Notes: generated by a model not told the origin, from the sequence alone. A DNA stretch of 63,937 bases, filler included, from Octopus bimaculoides (GCF_001194135.2; 4 parts of 3 records of this genome joined end to end with filler, not necessarily neighbours in it); one strand, 5' to 3'. Counted from the first letter of the whole stretch, positions 12,500 to 24,619 are shown. Translations and numbers: made by a program.

Positions 12500-12690
12500 G
12501 TGGATGTGGGTGTCTGTTAAGAGGTTTGCATCCAAACTACATGGAACTGGGTTTGTTCATTGCGTGACACCTTGGGCAAGTGTCTTATACTATAGCTCCG
12601 GACTAACGAAAGCGTTGTGAATGGATTTGGTAGACGGAAACTGAGTGAACCTCGTCGTAAATATGTATATATTTATATATATAATGGTAA
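12500..12690 (+). mobile_element. CORE-type SINE family C, 5' half
   Basis: Contains ACCTTGGGCAAGTG (CORE-SINE signature) followed by GGATTTGGTAGACGGAAACTG and a TA-rich linker; matches 33385-33560 on the reverse strand. Confidence 0.8.
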
Positions 12691-12789
12691 AAGTATATGT
12701 ATGAGGGTAAAAATTTAAAATGATTTATTACCAGTGCTTCGCATGCTTAATAAAAGTCATAAGAATAAAATATTTTATATAGGAGTGTA

Positions 12790-13420
12790 TAAAGATTTAT
12801 ACATGGAGAGAAGCGCCTTGACAGGACTTCTTACCTGCTAAAAAGGGCAGTTAAACCCAAACAAAGAAAAAAGAAATTCCTAAGGCACGCTGCAGATAGG
12901 CACTATAGTGAATAAAAAAATTAGTTCATCCCATACTCGAGTTTCGCTATTACAGACCAAATAAATTAATTTGGTATCTGTAGCCCGTCAGTAGGATCAT
13001 TAAAGATTGCATAATTATGTAGCTGTAATACGTACCGAAACATGAGATAAACACACACGCAAGACAACTCTATATTTACACATTATGGATTGAAACTTGG
13101 TGAGCGAGCGTAGTCAAAATAGTACAGCAGTAAATAAATTCAAGCTTTGTATTACATGGCTTAAGAATTGTGCATGTGCTTTCGGTACGTATTAGAGCTA
13201 CATAATTATGCATTCTTTAGAGATCCTACTGACGAGCAACGGATACCAAATTAATTTATTTGGTCATTAATAGCAAAACTCGAGTATAGGACTAATTTTT
13301 TATTCACTCTAGTGCCTATCAGCCACGTGCCCAAAGAATTCCTTTTTCCGTGGTTTAACTGCAATTTTTAGTATGTAAAAAAGTCCTGGCAAGGGACTTC
13401 CCTCCGTGTATAAATCTTTA
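12790..13420. mobile_element. Foldback / long-TIR non-autonomous element
   Basis: Arms 12790-13044 and 13173-13420 are reverse complements along their length (e.g. GACCAAATAAATTAATTTGGTATC, GCATAATTATGTAGCT, TAATACGTACCGAAA), with scattered mismatches and indels; spacer about 128 bp. Confidence 0.9.
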
Positions 13421-13520
13421 AAAATTAAGTACTGGTATCGATCTGTTCTGCTAAGCTTTTTAACGCAGCACCCCAGCATGCCTGCACGCCAATGATTAAA
13501 ACAAGTAAAAGATCAAAGAT
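13421..13520 (+). mobile_element. SINE family C, 3' tail
   Basis: AAGTACTGGTATCGAT...GCACCCCAGCATGCCTGCA...TTAAAACAAGTAAAAGA matches the tail of the other family C copies. Confidence 0.75.
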
Positions 13521-14044
13521 ATGTGTTTGTCTGCATATATATTTAAAGAAAGTGATTTATAGTGGATATATGATCTAAAGTTTACAACAGCGGTAATATA
13601 AAAATACACACGTGTAAACTTATCTTGAACATGATTAGTGTATCGTAAATCGTCTGAAACGAAGCATATCTCTGTTAAACTTAGATTATGATTTATGAGA
13701 AACAATGATTAAATGGTCTTACACTGCAGTTTTTTCCTTTCAACCCTCTGGTAAGCACAATCGGTCGCATACATGGTACCATATCAGAATAAAATCGGTA
13801 ATATATTTGTTATAGCTGTGAACTGTGAGCGTTTAAACGTTTTTAACTCTCAGGTATCGATCCCTTACCTGTTAATAATAATCTAAGATAAAATGGAATG
13901 CTGTTGTTTATAGGTTTTGTCTGTATTTCATATATAATGTGCTATAAATTGCTTCATACCAAAATGCATTTTATATAGTATGTTTTCTTTCATTGCGATT
14001 ATTGTTGTAAACATCAGAATAAGGTGTTGCATATTGCTCATATT

Positions 14045-15358
14045 CAGGCGGTTTGCGCTAGATTTTGCGAATTTTTTACGCAATTTTTTAGGAAAACATT
14101 GATGTATTGGAGAGCGGCTTTACAGATCATGGAGATTAAAATTGTAGTTGAGAAAAAGTTAACTGACATGGAGGACTGGAAGCCATTTGAATATTGGTAA
14201 AACGTTACCTAATGATTCGTGCTGATAAATGCTGATATGACTGCTGCTCAATGCTCTGTGAACACAGTAAAAACTATAAGATATGGCTTGTGTAATTGAA
14301 ACAAAGAATACAAAGTTGTAGCGAGCAGGTGTCCAACAGGAAGGGAGACAACAGACATTCTGACTGCGTCTGCGCATCGGAATTCATCCAGAAACTCTAG
14401 AACAATGTGATGGAAGATTCAAACAAGGAAATCCGAGCTCTGGCGAGAGAGGTGGGTGTTGGAGTCGTCACCACCATGAAGCTGTCTCTGAATGATGATC
14501 TTCTCTAACACTCGTGCAAGAGACGCAAGAGGGTAAATCCCGAGATCCAAAGGCAAGGAGAACCGCTTGATGAAGCAAAGAGGCTTCTGAATATGCAGAG
14601 GCATCCTGTTAAATCGGGGAAACTCTGGTTCTTCTCAAATGAAAATAACCTCTGCTGGACTTGTTGCATAACGCTAAGGACAACAGATGGCTTGCCTAAA
14701 ATCCACATGATGAACTACGTATTTTGAAAATCAAGTTCCCTCAAAAACCACAAACTCTTGAAAATCGAGTTCCCTCAAACACCTCAAACGGTGATTTGGT
14801 GTATCACCAATGAGGGTGACGTCATGTCTCCCACACTTTTGAACAGGTCTTTTGACTCAATGTTGACAGCAATGCGAAGGTGTTGGAGACTGGTCAAACC
14901 ATGGCTGGAGAGGGTTGCTGCTGGAAGGCCATATGCGTATCAGCAGAGTTCGTCTTCTTTCCATACCTCCGGAAAGAGACAGAAGTGGTTGTCGGAAAAA
15001 TTTCTAGGACGTTACCAGCACCAATTTCCGGCCTCCTAATTTCCCCGAATGTAACCCTACAGATTACAATGTTTGGGGTGCGCTTAAGAAAGATTAATCG
15101 TTCTACCTGAAACTGCAAAGCCGAGGTGGTGGCCAAGATCAAGGAGGTTTTTGGAGATCCTCCCAGAGACACATGAACTTATACACCAGATTCCGTCTTG
15201 AGACCGAGATGGAAACTGGGGGTGACTACTTTGAGTAATCTTATCTCTCAGCCATAATTTGGTTGCTAGTTTTGATTTTCTAAAATACTTTAATTTTTGG
15301 ATGGAATATTGTGTTTTCTTTTATTTTAAAGCAAACTCTCAAATTTAGCTGGAACGCA
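14045..15358 (+). mobile_element. Tc1/mariner DD37D (maT-type) transposon, about 1.3 kb, decayed
   Basis: Degenerate inverted ends (GCGGTTTGCGCTAGATTTTGCGAATTT vs reverse complement of AAACTCTCAAATTTAGCTGGAACGC) around a transposase pseudogene. Confidence 0.75.
14168..15238 (+). pseudogene. DD37D/maT transposase pseudogene
   Basis: IRALAREVGV (HTH), WFFSNE, NAKDNRW, NEGDVM, VKPWLERVAAGRPYAYQQ..HTSGKRQKWLSEKF, then NFRPPNFPECNPTDYNVWG; spacing matches DD37D after correcting one frameshift; ends GGDYFE*. Confidence 0.85.
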
Positions 15359-16803
15359 CAAGCACACACAATAACACACACACACACACTTACACACACA
15401 CACACACACACACAACGTATCACTGTAACTTGACCAAACTATCGGATGTTGTCTTACGCCGCTATTTACAATGCGCTTCCTCGCATTGATGTAGTTTTCG
15501 AAGGGTGCCACCATGCTGGCTAGATGATAGAGCAATATTCTCCCAGCAAACATACACAGACATGTGTGTGCGTGTGTGTGTGTGTGTGTGGGTGTGTGTG
15601 TGTGCGTGCGTGTGTGTGTGTGTGCGTGTGTAGATACAATGCTTTAGTCAATGAAAAAGCAATGCCCATATTTCGTTTACAAAAGTTCCGATGCTGGTGA
15701 TGGAGTGGAAGATATTTTTAAAACGGGAGTTGGTACGAAATCCTTGCAAAATTGAAAGCGGAATCTACTAGAGGGTGGTGTGTGTTAAACCGAAAGACCC
15801 AAGTAGGATATCATAGGTTTTTCAACTTTCAATATGCACACAGTTGGAAGATTGACACTCTCGATTGACTCTCTTTTTAAACGACTTAGAGAAGATGAAG
15901 CTGAATGGGAGTCAGAGTATAGAGAACAGAAACAAATACTACGAGGTTTTTCCGTCGGCCGCCTGTTCTAATGACTCTGCATGTTTTACCTATACATACA
16001 TACATACATACATATGTAAATATATAAAAATGCTTGGGGGGTTCTGCGCATGTTGTAATTAAGGTGTTTGAGTGGAGGGCAGTTGTCTATACTTTTGGTA
16101 GGGCTAGCTGATTTAAACATCTTAGATTTAGCCCTAGTGTTATAGGTGTGATTGTGGGGTCTGCTTGGATATGTGGGTGATTGGTTGTGGTTTTGATTGA
16201 TGTGATGTCTTTGGGGTGCGATTTGTGATATAAATTGTTTAAGTCTGGTGTTATGGATGTATTTTATTTNNNNNNNNNNNNNNNNNNNNNNNNNNNNNNN
16301 NNNNNNNNNNNNNNNNNNNNNNNNNNNNNNNNNNNNNNNNNNNNNNNNNNNNNNNNNNNNNNNNNNNNNNNNNNNNNNNNNNNNNNNNNNNNNNNNNNNN
16401 NNNNNNNNNNNNNNNNNNNNNNNNNNNNNNNNNNNNNNNNNNNNNNNNNNNNNNNNNNNNNNNNNNNNNNNNNNNNNNNNNNNNNNNNNNNNNNNNNNNN
16501 NNNNNNNNNNNNNNNNNNNNNNNNNNNNNNNNNNNNNNNNNNNNNNNNNNNNNNNNNNNNNNNNNNNNNNNNNNNNNNNNNNNNNNNNNNNNNNNNNNNN
16601 NNNNNNNNNNNNNNNNNNNNNNNNNNNNNNNNNNNNNNNNNNNNNNNNNNNNNNNNNNNNNNNNNNNNNNNNNNNNNNNNNNNNNNNNNNNNNNNNNNNN
16701 NNNNNNNNNNNNNNNNNNNNNNNNNNNNNNNNNNNNNNNNNNNNNNNNNNNNNNNNNNNNNNNNNNNNNNNNNNNNNNNNNNNNNNNNNNNNNNNNNNNN
16801 NNN

Positions 16804-17240
16804 ATTGGTGGAGTATGTATAATCCAATTAAATCCGTGGCCTGTGCAGAATCGGAAGAACCCATGGTTACATCAAATAGTTTGTTTGAGCTATTAGAATG
16901 TTGATTAGCTCGGCACCAGAGCTTGTTCTCGAAAGTTATAAGAGTTTTGCGAGCGTTGATTATAATGTTAATTTCTAAAGGTGTAATGTTAGTAAGATTC
17001 CTGGTGAAAAGAATGGCCCTATTTAAAAGCAGAGGAGATATAGATGAGTAATAATTGTTGATATCGAATTGGAGGAACGAGAAGGAGTTTTTGTTCTCCT
17101 GGGTGTGGAACCATGTGATGACCTCTCCGGTGTGGTACCATAGATTTGCGTGTAGTTTTTCCTTGACGATTGGTAATATCCTCTCGTTCCAACATAAACT
17201 TCCGGATTATTCACACAAGGAATAATTTGCACGAATTTCT
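16804..17240 (-). mobile_element. Penelope-like element RT core fragment running into N-gap 16270-16803
   Basis: 134 open codons 17206->16805: ...NLWYHTGEVITWF...SFLQFDINNYYSSIS..LLNRAILF...IIINARKTL...LFDVTMGSSDSAQATDLIGLYILHQ; matches PLE RT motifs QFDIxxFYPSI and FDVTMGSyDGAEvcELVGLY. Confidence 0.88.
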
Positions 17241-17376
17241 ACACGGATATTTACCACTGGAATGAAACTACACTTCAAGTACTGTTCTCTCTTTTTTCAG
17301 CACATCACACACTTTACCACTTCATACTAAAAATATCCGCCTATGGATATAATAATAGATTACTTAATTTTTTCTA

Positions 17377-17423
17377 TCTCCGATGAAGGGAAGTACTGGA
17401 TCTTCCCAGAAACAGTTGTAAGA
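17377..17423 (+). ncRNA. Degenerate minimal type I hammerhead ribozyme motif
   Basis: TCT-CCGATGA-AGGGAAG-tactggat-CTTCCCA-GAAA-CAGTTG-TA-AGA: core variant (U4C), 6-bp stem II, near-palindromic stem III, GUA cleavage triplet, 3-bp stem I. Confidence 0.55.
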
Positions 17424-17682
17424 CTCTATACATAAAATTCTTCAACCTTACCTTTGCTCTCTTTATCTTTTTGTTTTTATATATTTACATATACACACGC
17501 TAATACACGACTTATAATACCCAATCCTGTTCATACAACGACTGGGGCAAACTAATCGGTATACAGCACTTACTCGGTATTACCTNNNNNNNNNNNNNNN
17601 NNNNNNNNNNNNNNNNNNNNNNNNNNNNNNNNNNNNNNNNNNNNNNNNNNNNNNNNNNNNNNATATGTACACACATAAATAC

Positions 17683-17746
<64 letters not shown>

Positions 17747-17769
17747 ACACATAAAAACATATATATTTT

Positions 17770-18010
17770 ATTTATACTTGTTTTAGTCAACGGATTGCAG
17801 CCATGCTGGGGCACCACCTTTAAGGGTCTGAGTCGAACATACTGACCCCAGCACATTTTTTTTTCATGTTTGGTAGCTACGGGGATATAGAAAAACCGAA
17901 GCTGGTTCTCAGGCGATGCCGCGAAGCTAAACGCAAGTAAAGACACACACAATCACGTCATTGCAAAGTGGACCCAACCGCTTAACCACATACCTCCGTT
18001 TGCACCTATA
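17770..18010 (-). mobile_element. SINE family C, internally deleted/diverged
   Basis: Plus-strand text TACTTGTTTTAGTCA..GATTGCAGCCATGCTGGGGCACCACC is the reverse complement of the family C tail; head remnant CTTAACCACA near 17983. Confidence 0.75.
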
Positions 18011-18363
18011 AGCCATACATAAGTGTTTGTTCGCATGTGTCTGAATGTGTTTTTATATACATATATAGATGTTTGTATGTGCATGTATGAGTATGTGTTC
18101 AAAATATTACTGTTATTTAAGAAATTGCTAACTTATACCCATGTGCATATATTCGTATCTCTTTGTTTGTTTTTTGTTTTTTTCCCCGAAGGAATTCGTT
18201 AGTTATGTGTAGTAGAAGAATTTTCCTCTATCTCCGACGTGGATATGCTGAAAGGAAATTTCTGCAGTGGAGGCAGGAAAAGTTAACAATAAAACGTTTA
18301 CAAATACGTACGCCAGACACACACGCACGCACGCACGCACATACACGCACAAATACACACACT

Positions 18364-18413
<50 letters not shown>

Positions 18414-18559
18414 ATCACACATATATATACATATACACACAAACACGCACACACAGAATACCATTTTCATATACAAGGCTAGGGATACATATCCGCACAC
18501 ATATATAAGCACACTCACATGCGCTTAGTTATAAGTATGCATAAATACTTTGTACACAC

Positions 18560-18863
18560 AGACACACACAGACACACACACACACATGCATTATACATTT
18601 ATGCGTTACTTATCCAATATCACTTAATTTATCTTTCGCACTGCCTTCCTTATAAGGCACACTTAACTCCCAATCGCTCTAAATACGCATACACATTCAC
18701 ATGCAGATATACATACATACATACATACATACATACATACGTGTGTGTGTGTGTGTGTGTGTGTATACGTGCATGTGTGTGTATATATTTCTGTATATGA
18801 TGTGTACATAAAAAAGGAAGAGATTGAGAGGGGTAGTGAGAGAGAGAGAAAGAAACACGAACG

Positions 18864-18910
<47 letters not shown>

Positions 18911-19150
18911 ACATACATTCACATGTATACACTTATGTGTTACTTATCCAATATCAATTTATCTTTCGCACTGTCTTCCTATATGCACAGTTAACTCCCA
19001 ATTTTTCTATACACGCGTACAGATTCACATGCAGATATACTTATATACATACATACATATATATATACGTGTGTGTGTGCGTGTGTGTATATTTATGTAT
19101 ATAATGTGTACATAAATAAGGGAAGAAACTGAGAGAGAGAAACATGAATG

Positions 19151-19205
<55 letters not shown>
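18560..19205. repeat. Tandem duplication of a ~330-bp microsatellite-rich unit
   Basis: GTTACTTATCCAATATCA..TTTATCTTTCGCACTG..TTAACTCCCAAT..ATTCACATGCAGATATAC occurs at ~18607 and ~18939, each followed by (TG)n, GATGTGTACATAAA, (GA)n and GATTA(CA)n. Confidence 0.9.
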
Positions 19206-19248
<43 letters not shown>

Positions 19249-21544
19249 ATGCATGATTAGAACTTGGTGAGATATGGGCGAAAAATCGATGAAACCATCT
19301 GCAATTGAGTGCAGATGATAAAGCGATCGTGTGTAAAAGCGACAATAAAGGATCGAGCATGTGCTTTCCATAGCCACCACCGCTACAAATAGCAGTAAAG
19401 ACAAGTATGACATCTCAGTATCTCAGCAAATGGCAGTAAATGCAAGCATGACATAATTACAAAGAAACCATTTACTTCTGTAAAATTCCTATTTTGGGAA
19501 AGCATTGCCAACACTACTTTGGTTTTATCTCTGTACTAATATGACCTAGCTGATGATGTGGTAAGTGACTTAAACTCCAAGGTAGATCTCCCTGCAGTGC
19601 TATTTGTTATATAATCTTCAACCTGTGCAGTAAAAGAAAATGAAGTTGAACTCTGAAGCAGCCATACATTTCATTCAAACTTTGTGACCACTTTCGTATG
19701 AGCCTTAACGTTCAAGTAGTAACTTTTCAACATCACGTTTGTATTGTTCAAACGGTTGTCAATTTGAATACAGTAATATAAATATATACTTCACCAAAAA
19801 AACTGAAGATAAAATCATCTACAGTGAACTAACGAGGAACCCATTGCTACTGTAGCCAGCGACTAAATTCTCATTATACACATCTTCCTCGGTACATTGT
19901 GCATTGTGAAGCAATGTAACAAATAGCTAGCGTAGAACATTGGAAATATTCTCTATAAAAAAAAACTCTAAAACGAATCCAGCATAATCAATTCGTAGTT
20001 GATACAGTGAAGACTTACAAACGTTTTACTGAATCTATATTTGATTTTAGTGAGATTAAGACATATAAACATGTGACTTGAATGTTCTGCTGATAATTAT
20101 CGTGTCATGAGTTCAAGTCTCGGGTTTGGCAAGGCACATCATTTTATTTTGTTTTATTTCACATAGTTATAATGAGAACCCAGCGGGTGCTGGCGTGACC
20201 CTCTTTTACTCTACCTGCCACATTCAGGATATTCCTCTGAATGAAGTATGATGACTCCTAAAACCAATTAGTTAAACCAAGTTACATGTTACCAAGCCAT
20301 AGTCACTCGCCAATGAGTGTTGGTTGTTGTCGAGAGTCGTTTACACATCTGATGCATGCGTACATGTACACCTACAGTACACACTAAGCAATCCATCAAT
20401 ATATTTAGAGTCATCCAAGGTTAAAAACAGGCAAATATAGACTGTTTCTAATGTTAGTCTGCCATTTATTAGATGTAAAAGCCATTGAAACTGGGATAGT
20501 TACCGGTACCACATTCTAATAAAAATTGATAACTGGTTCATATTTGAGTCTGTACAGACTGGTACACAAGTTTTTATTGCTAAATATGTACATAACGCTT
20601 AATGTATTTAGATTAAAGTACATAAAGCTTTCGAAAGTTTAGTGGAGAACTCAATACATTTATTGACATTAAATTACTATAAAAAGAAAGATACAAAAAA
20701 GCATAGGTACAAAGAAAATTAAATATATTTGCTGGGGAATTATACAGACAAAAGTGTAAGGCGGTCTATATCATCACCTATCACTACTTGAAATGGCTTC
20801 GGGTTATTATAACAAGGATGGACAAAGATGTTAGCAGAGATAAAGCGGACTGAAAATAATGTTAGCATATATAAACATGACAAATATACCACTTAGATAA
20901 AGTTGATAAATGTAACAATTTCTCACACTTGGAAACATGAATGATTTCGCCGTATAAATGATACAAATAACTAGTAATTCTCATATAAACCAACAAGACA
21001 GAAATATATTTTAAATTATAGCAATAAGATAATAGAAATTATTTGCGCATAGATCACACCTTTCTAGTAACTACCTCAGAAGTTTAACAAAGTACTACTT
21101 TTCTATGAGGTACTTTAGCACGAACCGACTGTAATACATAATTGGACAAAGAAACTGGTGTTAACGAAAGAAGAAAATAAACGATTTATCTAACTGGTAA
21201 GCAATTTCGTTCTCCCTTTTTTCTCCTGCCATTAGTTTGTTCGTTCGTTCCTTCCTTCCGTCATTCATTCGTTCGTTCGTTCGTTTTTTCGTTTCTTCTT
21301 TCCTTCCTTCTAGCTCAGTTAGGTGTTCCCATTCTTCCGCCTTTCTTTCCTTTCATCGTTGCTTTCCTTTTCATTCGTTTTTTTCTTTACTTCCTATATT
21401 CCATAATGTTTATAGACATGCGTGCGCATATATTTATGAACATACATCCTACGAAGTTACAGCTTACTATACCCACCATTAATATACGATCATTCATACC
21501 AACGTACATAAAGTATACAATCACGCCAACGAAGTAGACTCAAC

Positions 21545-21690
21545 ATGGTCGCTTGACCTGCTAGACAGAGCAGCAAATCTCTTACAGATCTCAGCACACC
21601 GTTTAAAAATTGGAAAGAATATTGGATAATGTAGTCCTAGCTATCTCTAAAAAGACCCGTGGGTTACAGCTGAAACGTCTTCAATACTAA
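21545..21690 (+). mobile_element. Dispersed repeat family D (probable retroposon 3' part)
   Basis: GGTCGCTTGACCTGCTAGA..GCAGCAAATCTC...TTGGATAATGTAGTCCTAG recurs at several loci in the window. Confidence 0.7.
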
Positions 21691-21758
21691 GTCTGCCAGA
21701 TCAGGAACGACGTGTGTTAAACATCAACAATAGTACACTTGCACGCAAAAAATACATG

Positions 21759-21798
<40 letters not shown>

Positions 21799-22633
21799 NN
21801 NNNNNNNNNNNNNNNNNNNNNNNNNNNNNNNNNNNNNNNNNNNNNNNNNNNNNNNNNNNNNNNNNNNNNNNNNNNNNNNNNNNNNNNNNNNNNNNNNNNN
21901 NNNNNNNNNNNNNNNNNNNNNNNNNNNNNNNNNNNNNNNNNNNNNNNNNNNNNNNNNNATATATATATATATACCACATACATATATACACATACTCAAA
22001 TATACGCATACATATATATGCATACACAGAGTAGCAATGGATGCTTCAAGACCCTATATTAAGTATGTTACGTTCAATACCTTTTCAATGCCTAACTGGC
22101 TTACATTTGGATTTTCTTATTAAACGCAGGAACATAATGAAATGGAAGAACTCTGAAGTGGATCAACTTTACTGCAAATTTCAGCAGCAATGGGGGATAC
22201 GCGTATTATATTACCAACAAAAGAAGAGCTGCCATGGTCCCAAATCTGCATTAACGTCATAGAAAAGTCTGGGTTAGAACACTTTAGCAACCTCTCCACT
22301 CGAGGAAAGAAGCTCAGCAAAGTTTTTGTCAACTCTTACGAATACTAAAACAAAAATTTTACTAAGAAAGTGAATCAATTTGGATCGCATATAAAATAAA
22401 ATATCACACGGAGCTCTTTTCAAGGAACTTTGGAAAATGCTAATTAATATTACAGTAAAATAAATACAAGCTCACTGAGAAGGAGACTGTTGAATAAACG
22501 AACCATATAAAAGCCTTGCAATAGTGTACTAACAATTTTATAACGTCATACATTGACGATTACTGCCATGTAAGGTTGGGGCAAAATCTCCAGCTAACAT
22601 TTGCTCTTTAATAACTCAGAAACACGGTTTTAA

Positions 22634-22782
22634 TACATACATACATACATACATACACATACATACATACATACATACATACACACACGCACACATACAT
22701 ACATACATACACACATACACACACACACATACATACCTACATACATACACACATACATACATACACACACACACACATACAT

Positions 22783-22815
<33 letters not shown>

Positions 22816-22838
22816 TACATACATACATACATACATAC
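22634..22838. repeat. (TACA)n/(CA)n compound microsatellite
   Basis: Direct reading. Confidence 0.95.
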
Positions 22839-22839
22839 A

Positions 22840-23350
22840 GTGTTTAGGCAGTGTTTAGGCATAAGCGAACTCTAGATCGTTTAAAACATGTTTTGTGACA
22901 TATTTCAACTTCTAAAGGTAAATTTACTGAAGTTACTGTGATGAAAAACTCTCTCTTACTGTAAAAAGGTGTAAAAACATCGTATCTACCCAGTGCTGTC
23001 TCCTTTCGGATTCCCAGGCGTGTTTCTAGCACTTTAGCTGTTATCAATGGGAAATACCAAAAAGAGGCAACGCTGGACAGACTTAATTAAAGCCGTTGCT
23101 TTAATTGAAACACAGTCAACAAAAGTGACTCAGTTACACCATTAAAACCTCAGGTTAAAGTAGATTTACAGGAGTGTCAGCACCAAGTAGTGTTTAGGTA
23201 TAAACGAACTTTAGGTTAGTTAAAATAGGCTTCTGCTATATTTCAACTTCTAAAAGCAAATTAATTGCAGTTACTGTTGAGAAAAGAATTTTCTCTTATG
23301 TTAAAAAGTGTAAAAACAGCATATCTGTCCAGTTCTTCCCCCTGTCGGAT
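22840..23350. repeat. Diverged direct repeat, ~170-bp blocks about 340 bp apart
   Basis: GTGTTTAGG.ATAA.CGAACT...ATATTTCAACTTCTAAA..CAGTTACTGT...TCTCTTA..AAAA.GTGTAAAAACA...TCGGATTCC at 22852-23015 and 23190-23353. Confidence 0.85.
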
Positions 23351-23580
23351 TCCAAAAAGTGTTCGTATCTCCTCAACCGTTCACACACACACACACACAC
23401 ACACACGTGATATTCACCCGGATCCTTACCTTCAAAGAGGAGAAATATGAAGTAGAAATTACTTTAAAATAAATATTAGCGTAAAGTCCGAAACAGTTGC
23501 GTAAAGCATTATAATGTTGTTCACTCTGGCAATATTTAGAGACGGTAACAATGATGACCACCTGTCATAAGAGCCATTAT

Positions 23581-23890
23581 TTTTTATGCGCCCCTTTTAA
23601 AGTCTAACCAGGCTCATGGGCCCGGTTTCCCGGTTTCTATGGCGTATGTGTTCCCCCCAGCTGGACGGGACGCTAGTCCATCGCAGCGTTACTCAAGCAA
23701 CAGGAAGAAAGAGTGAGAGAAAGTTGGGGCGAAAGAGTACAACAGGGGTCGCCACCCACCCCCTGCCGAAGCTTCGTGTAGCTTAGGTATTTTCGCTCAA
23801 TAAACACACACAACCCCCGGTCTGGGAATCGAAACTGCGATCCTCCGACCGCGAGTCCACTGCCCTAACCATTGGGCCATTGCGCCTCCA
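23581..23890 (-). mobile_element. tRNA-derived SINE family B, tail type 2, full length
   Basis: Head TGGAGGCGCAATGGCCCAATGGTTAGGGCAGTGGACTCGCGGTCGGAGGATCGCAGTTTCGATTCCCAGACCGGG; 3' part GCGATGGACTAGCGTCCCGTCCAG...AGAAACCGGG resembles V/Meta-SINE central domains (recalled, unverified). Confidence 0.88.
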
Positions 23891-24009
23891 CCATAAAAAC
23901 CATGGCATAAATGTAATTTCACTTCACATGCAATTACAAATTTCGTTGTTATCGTTGTTGTAGTTATCGTCGTCATCGTTGTTCTCCTCCTCCTCCTCCT
24001 CCTTCTTAC

Positions 24010-24205
24010 TTACGACAGCGCTGATCTTGTAGACGATCGATCGAAAACATTGCAACCGTAAACATCCTGTATTTAATTATTTCATATACGGTACATCTTT
24101 AACTACATAATTCAACGTGTCTTCTTTCAATACAATAGGACAAAATTTAGGAAAAAAAAAATACTGGCTGCTTTTTCTAAAAGTCTAAGTGACCATACCG
24201 AAACT
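24010..24205 (-). mobile_element. Repeat family D (diverged)
   Basis: Reverse complement GGTCACTTAGACTTTTAGAAAAAGCAGCCAG...GAATTATGTAGTTAAAGAT...GATCGATC matches family D. Confidence 0.55.
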
Positions 24206-24580
24206 TGAATTGGCTCCTACAGATACCGATGTCATATTGTAGGTACATTAACGTATTAACCAATTTTTACATAAACCAAATGAGAATCACTTCTTAATTT
24301 CCCGCATCATGAAGTACATGTAACAAAAAGTGTGATTCTTTAAAACTATTACCTTTTATCCCTGAAAAACAATCATAGATATGGTTTATGCAGTAATAAA
24401 TTCCTTGAAAACATCAAAAGCGAAGTCGATGTAATCTGAAGAAAATATTTCTAATATGCTCCGTCACTATTTTCTATCTAAAAGCTCTTCCCGAAATATT
24501 ACATACTTCTACTTTTCATGTGACATTGACAAACAGTATTTATTGTTTTTTCTTAAATTAGTCCTTCTCATCACAGGCAA

Positions 24581-24619
<39 letters not shown>

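Noticed and set aside
22041-22332. 73-aa and 70-aa opposing ORFs of complex sequence
   Set aside because: No recognisable motif or splice context; expected by chance at this length.
23800-23890. tRNA-Arg-like sequence
   Set aside because: No acceptor stem pairing or clean cloverleaf; continues into a SINE body shared with 11938-12118.
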